Assembly (NCBI GenBank): GCA_938003965.1 | Contig: CALKXI010000024.1 | Span: 6,089 to 70,088, forward strand | Direction: 5' to 3' | Length of the DNA stretch: 64,000 nucleotides | Source of the DNA: an uncultured Chlorobiales bacterium | GTDB lineage: Bacteria > Bacteroidota > Chlorobiia > Chlorobiales > Thermochlorobacteraceae | In this document: one piece after another, positions 58,942-64,000 of the stretch | Layout: the number at the start of each line of letters is the position of its first letter | How positions within the stretch are numbered: the first letter of the stretch is position 1 | Program-made: the position numbers and the translations under genes | The notes under the pieces: generated by a model | Told to the model about the DNA's origin: nothing | Database searches by the model: none | Seen by the model: the letters and a program-made list of their open reading frames with translations, nothing else

Positions 58942-59850
58942 CTATTCTTCAGGGTTGGTCTTGTAACCGTGATGTCGGGCATAATTAAGTAATTTCTCTC
59001 TTAAAATTTTTCTCCCTCTGTGCAAGCGAGAACGAACCGTTCCAATTGGGCAATCTACCATATTGGCAATTTCTTCGTAAGTGAATCCTTCGATATCGCA
59101 CAGTTGAACAACCTCGCGGAAATCTTCGGGCAGACTGTCAAGTGCTTGTGAAACTTCATCATCTAACAACTCTCCATACCACTTCTCTTGCATATCGTTG
59201 GAGTCGAGCGAACTATGCTTAACCGTGTGGTAGAAGTCCTTAATATCGTCGTAGTCAACTTTGTCAGGTTCTTTGGACTCCTTGCGATAGCGATTGATGT
59301 AGCTGTTCTTGAGAATTCTGAACAGCCATGCTTTGCAGTTCGTTCCTTTCTCGAAGGAGTCGAAGAAGCGATAGGCTTTCATGTAGGTTTCTTGGACGAG
59401 GTCGTTGGCGTCTTCGGGGTCGCCTGTCATTCGCACCGCATAGTTGTAAAGCGCGTCGATGTGAATCATCGCCTCGTTTTTGAAGTCTATTTGCCGCTCA
59501 ATTTCAGAGCGCGAGAGTTTGCTTGATGCTTTTTCTTGGGAGCATTGCTCGGCTGCGGAGAGTTCTTCATCAGAAAATGCTTCTATCTTTTCGTAGTCCA
59601 CTTCTTCTGCTTGTGCGTTGTGAGGCGCTTTCACAAGATTGGACGGTTGTTCGCGTTCTTGCTCAACCGTTTTGGCTGAACCAACTTTTGCCGCTTCTGT
59701 TTTCTTTTTTTGCTCTTTTGACTTTGGCGAAGATTTTACGCTGGGCATATTCTCAGAAGAGTTTTTATTTGCCATATCAGACTTAGACTTTGCGGCTGTT
59801 TTTGATTCCGCTTGCCTTTTGTTCTTTTTGACACTCACAAGTATTAACAT
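58942..59850 (-). CDS. ECF-type RNA polymerase sigma-70 factor with ~105-aa Lys-rich N-terminal extension
   Basis: 302 aa. Region 2 is [40 protein letters not shown]. Region 4 is [40 protein letters not shown]. The start is preceded by AAAGGGG. Met26 is an alternative start. Confidence 0.85.
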   Translation of the reverse strand: MLILVSVKKNKRQAESKTAAKSKSDMANKNSSENMPSVKSSPKSKEQKKKTEAAKVGSAKTVEQEREQPSNLVKAPHNAQAEEVDYEKIEAFSDEELSAAEQCSQEKASSKLSRSEIERQIDFKNEAMIHIDALYNYAVRMTGDPEDANDLVQETYMKAYRFFDSFEKGTNCKAWLFRILKNSYINRYRKESKEPDKVDYDDIKDFYHTVKHSSLDSNDMQEKWYGELLDDEVSQALDSLPEDFREVVQLCDIEGFTYEEIANMVDCPIGTVRSRLHRGRKILREKLLNYARHHGYKTNPEE

Positions 59851-59973
59851 TCGAAAAGCCCCTTTCGTTTATTGTCGATTCACGGCACTGGTTATACTAC
59901 ACGTGCACAAACTATGAAGATTTATTCAGAGTTACTAATTCAATCTACGGTTTATTTCACAGCCTTAAAGCCC

Positions 59974-60005
59974 AACCAATTCGTCTAAAAGAGCAAGAAT
60001 TGGTT
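59974..60005. promoter_or_regulatory. inverted repeat in the sigma / crtH-like divergent intergenic region
   Basis: aaccaattc (59974-59982) and gaattggtt (59997-60005), 9-bp perfect arms with a 14-nt spacer. It lies about 55 nt upstream of the ATG at 60059. Confidence 0.3.
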
Positions 60006-60058
60006 TTAGGCTCTCAATCTTGTGATGTAATTTTGACATCAAAACTATCTCCACTTCA

Positions 60059-61567
60059 ATGACGCAACACGACCTTATTGTAATCGGCGCGGGCATTGGC
60101 GGTTTGACCGTTGCCGCTTTGATGCAGGAGCGCGGACTTTCAACCATCACTTTTGAACAACATACTGTTCCGGGCGGCAGTGCATCGCTCTTTCGCAAGA
60201 AAGGATACACCTTCGATGCAGGCGCGTCTATGTTTTACGGCTTTGGCACAAATGAACAAAGCGGCTCGCTGAACTTACACACGCGTGTTTTCCAAAGACT
60301 CGGCATTCTTGTGCCGACCATTCACGACCCTGTTCAAATTCATTACCACCTGCCTGACGGCTTTGAAGTGGCAACGCACTACGAGCGTGAAAAATTTTTA
60401 GCCGAACTTATCGCACGATTTCCGAGCGAAGCCGACGGCATTAGAAAGTTCTACGATGAATTGGAAAAAGTTTTCGACATCATCAGCACGTTTCCTGCCG
60501 GTTCACTTGAAGACCCGCGCCACCTTGCCTGGCTAGCGTTCAAGTATCCGAAGAAAGTCGCCATGCTTTCGTATTACACCTTCAAATCAATGGGCGAAGT
60601 TGCGCGAAGTTTTATCAAGAATGAAGAACTGTTGCGATTTATTGATATTGAATGTGAATCATGGGCATTGCAAGACGCAAACGCAACCCCGTTTGTGAAT
60701 GCTGGCATTTGCTTAGCCGATAGACATCGCGGCGGAATCCATTATCCGATTGGCAGTTCAGGAGCGATTGCCAAAGCGCTGGTCGACGGAATCCGAAAAT
60801 TCGGTGGCACGGTCAGGTTTGGGCAAACGGTCGAGGAGATCATCGTCAAAAATGGACGTGCTATTGGCATTAGGCTTGCCAACGGCGACACACACTACGC
60901 CAAAGCGATTGTCAGCAATGCCACGATTTGGGACACATTTGGCTATCTTGTCAAAGATGAGCGGTATCGGATTGACGAATCAAAGTTTGAAGTTTCGCCC
61001 AGTTGGTTTCAGTTGCATTTGGGCGTCGATGCTGCTGTTTTCCCCGAAGGATTTCATGTGCATCACATTATCGTTGAAGATTGGCGGACATATCGCAATC
61101 TTGGTGGGACAATTCGCCTTTCTGCGCCGAGTTTGCTCGATAGAACTTGTGCACCTGATGACAGACACACTTTGCATATTTTTACAACGAGCACGGTAGA
61201 TGAATGGAAGAAACGCTATCCAAAAGACGCTGAATATGAAGCCGCCAAGGCGCGGGCTGCGGAAGCCTTAATTCGCCGCACTGAAAAAATTCTGCCAAAC
61301 CTTTCCTCTGCGATTGAACGCTGTTATGCTGCTACGCCGCTCACGCACAAGCGATACCTGAAACGCTATAAAGGCTCTTACGGACCGCTTTTGAAGTCGG
61401 GGCAAATCGTCTTGCAAAAGCCTCAAAATTCTACACCGATTAAAAACTTGTATGCCGTTGGCGATAGTTGCTTCCCTGGTCAAGGCGTGATTGCTGTAAC
61501 TTATTCAGGCGTTTCCTGCGTGCATTTGCTTTGCCGAAAATTCGGCTTGCCTGTTGAGTATTTGTAA
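60059..61567 (+). CDS. crtH: phytoene-desaturase-family FAD oxidoreductase, CrtH/CrtISO-like carotenoid isomerase
   Basis: 502 aa. FAD motif DLIVIGAGIGGL, then PGGSASLFRKKGYTFDAGASMFYGFG (CrtISO-type N-terminus), then C-terminal NLYAVGDSCFPGQG. The exact substrate cannot be read from sequence. Confidence 0.7.
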   Translation: MTQHDLIVIGAGIGGLTVAALMQERGLSTITFEQHTVPGGSASLFRKKGYTFDAGASMFYGFGTNEQSGSLNLHTRVFQRLGILVPTIHDPVQIHYHLPDGFEVATHYEREKFLAELIARFPSEADGIRKFYDELEKVFDIISTFPAGSLEDPRHLAWLAFKYPKKVAMLSYYTFKSMGEVARSFIKNEELLRFIDIECESWALQDANATPFVNAGICLADRHRGGIHYPIGSSGAIAKALVDGIRKFGGTVRFGQTVEEIIVKNGRAIGIRLANGDTHYAKAIVSNATIWDTFGYLVKDERYRIDESKFEVSPSWFQLHLGVDAAVFPEGFHVHHIIVEDWRTYRNLGGTIRLSAPSLLDRTCAPDDRHTLHIFTTSTVDEWKKRYPKDAEYEAAKARAAEALIRRTEKILPNLSSAIERCYAATPLTHKRYLKRYKGSYGPLLKSGQIVLQKPQNSTPIKNLYAVGDSCFPGQGVIAVTYSGVSCVHLLCRKFGLPVEYL

Positions 61568-61957
61568 TTAGCCTTGCCGGCTTTGCTTGATAGATTGAGC
61601 CGACTTCATTACTTCTTCTTTGTGCGTAATCAGCGCGAGCACACTTGCACGTTCATCTTCGGAGAGCGTTTGAAGGTAGGCTTGAAAATCCTCCTCGAGC
61701 TTCGTTGGGCAGTCATCAATGAAGTCGCAAATGTTGCAGTGATGCGTTCCATACATCTGGTCCATCCAACATCCATTGTCGCTCTTTTTGACTTCATCGA
61801 CAAAATTGGGGTTTTCTTCTATGATTTTATCGCTGACTTCAATGAGGTTTTTCATATAGCCGTACTTTTTCTCTTCCTCAATCAACTTGGTGAGGTAATT
61901 TTCATCATAGGCGTAGTGCCCTTTGAAACTCTTGAAAATCTTTTTGAGCAGCGACAT
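61568..61957 (-). CDS. hypothetical protein with Cys cluster
   Basis: I prefer the start at MSLLKKIFKSF (comp 61955..61957), preceded by AGGAG. It is 129 aa with the cluster CWMDQMYGTHHCNICDFIDDC. Its stop abuts the crtH-like stop with zero spacing. Confidence 0.5.
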   Translation of the reverse strand: MSLLKKIFKSFKGHYAYDENYLTKLIEEEKKYGYMKNLIEVSDKIIEENPNFVDEVKKSDNGCWMDQMYGTHHCNICDFIDDCPTKLEEDFQAYLQTLSEDERASVLALITHKEEVMKSAQSIKQSRQG

Positions 61958-62105
61958 AGTGCGTTCTCCTTTCCGTTCATTTTTTGACTGAAACAAGTTA
62001 CGCAAAACCGCAAGCAAAGCAAGCAAAATGCAATCGGCTTTATCGACTTTAGGACATGCGTAAAACCACACGAGCGCATTTTAACCGATTTACCAACCAA
62101 TTTAA

Positions 62106-63851
<1,746 letters not shown>

Positions 63852-63876
63852 CACATGGCGCACAATAAAAAACGTA

Positions 63877-63903
63877 AAGGCGATTCACAGAGAATCGCCT
63901 TTT
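63877..63903. terminator. bidirectional rho-independent terminator
   Basis: aaggcgattc (63877-63886) pairs with gaatcgcctt (63892-63901), followed by a T run. An A run lies upstream, giving T's on the minus strand. It sits between the convergent pyrG and the truncated T9SS-cargo gene. Confidence 0.75.
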
Positions 63904-63944
63904 GCGTTACTACACAGACTCTTTCCTGAACGAAACCGCTTTGC

Positions 63945-64000
63945 TTACTTTACCAAAATCATCTTTTTGGTTTGTGTAAATCCGCCTGATTGCAAGCGAT
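63945..64000 (-). CDS. C-terminal end of a T9SS-sorted protein (only the last 17 codons plus stop are in the window)
   Basis: The reverse-strand frame reads ...RLQSGGFTQTKKMILVK then TAA (comp 63945..63947). This closely parallels the CTD end YFYRLEANTSGERFVQTKKMMLLK of the protein at 34400..36178. Confidence 0.55.
   Translation of the reverse strand, partial: RLQSGGFTQTKKMILVK

Noticed and set aside
61565-61570. Convergent crtH-like and hypothetical genes whose stop codons abut with zero spacing (TAA|TTA) and no terminator between them.
   Set aside because: It is real in the sequence but common in compact genomes. It carries no functional implication beyond possible transcriptional interference.

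Overview
This is a dense, mostly housekeeping chromosomal segment with about 58 protein-coding genes. I see no rRNA, tRNA, CRISPR array, IS element, integrase or prophage. Recognisable genes include xseA, cysS, hemE, an F0-plus-delta ATP synthase operon, dnaE, rpe, def, purE, comM/yifB, hppD, rfbC, queA, recQ, acs, pepA, nrnA, mgsA, gyrA, argS, dut and pyrG. Two proteins carry type IX secretion (T9SS) C-terminal sorting domains and there is a CrtH/CrtISO-like carotenoid isomerase. By inference only, this points to a member of the Fibrobacteres-Chlorobi-Bacteroidetes (FCB) group, Chlorobiota/Ignavibacteriota-like. The non-routine items are as follows. (1) A shell-only two-gene bacterial microcompartment (BMC) mini-operon sits among housekeeping genes, and one BMC-H is fused to a Ser/Thr/Pro-rich linker and a helix-extension-helix (HeH, Rho_N-like) tail. 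(2) A tightly packed vWA / Uma2 nuclease / AAA+ ATPase operon, in which the nuclease frame is full length but carries two in-frame stop codons. (3) An agmatine-deiminase/PPAD-family enzyme built as a T9SS cargo. (4) A monocistronic small protein made of an internal duplication. (5) An ECF sigma / anti-sigma pair divergent from the carotenoid gene. I cannot show that any of these is a genuinely new system; the BMC pair and the ATPase-vWA-nuclease operon are the best candidates. All functional calls rest on motif and family recognition in the translated ORFs and on reading the DNA by eye. No searches or computations were run, and start codons are my best reading.
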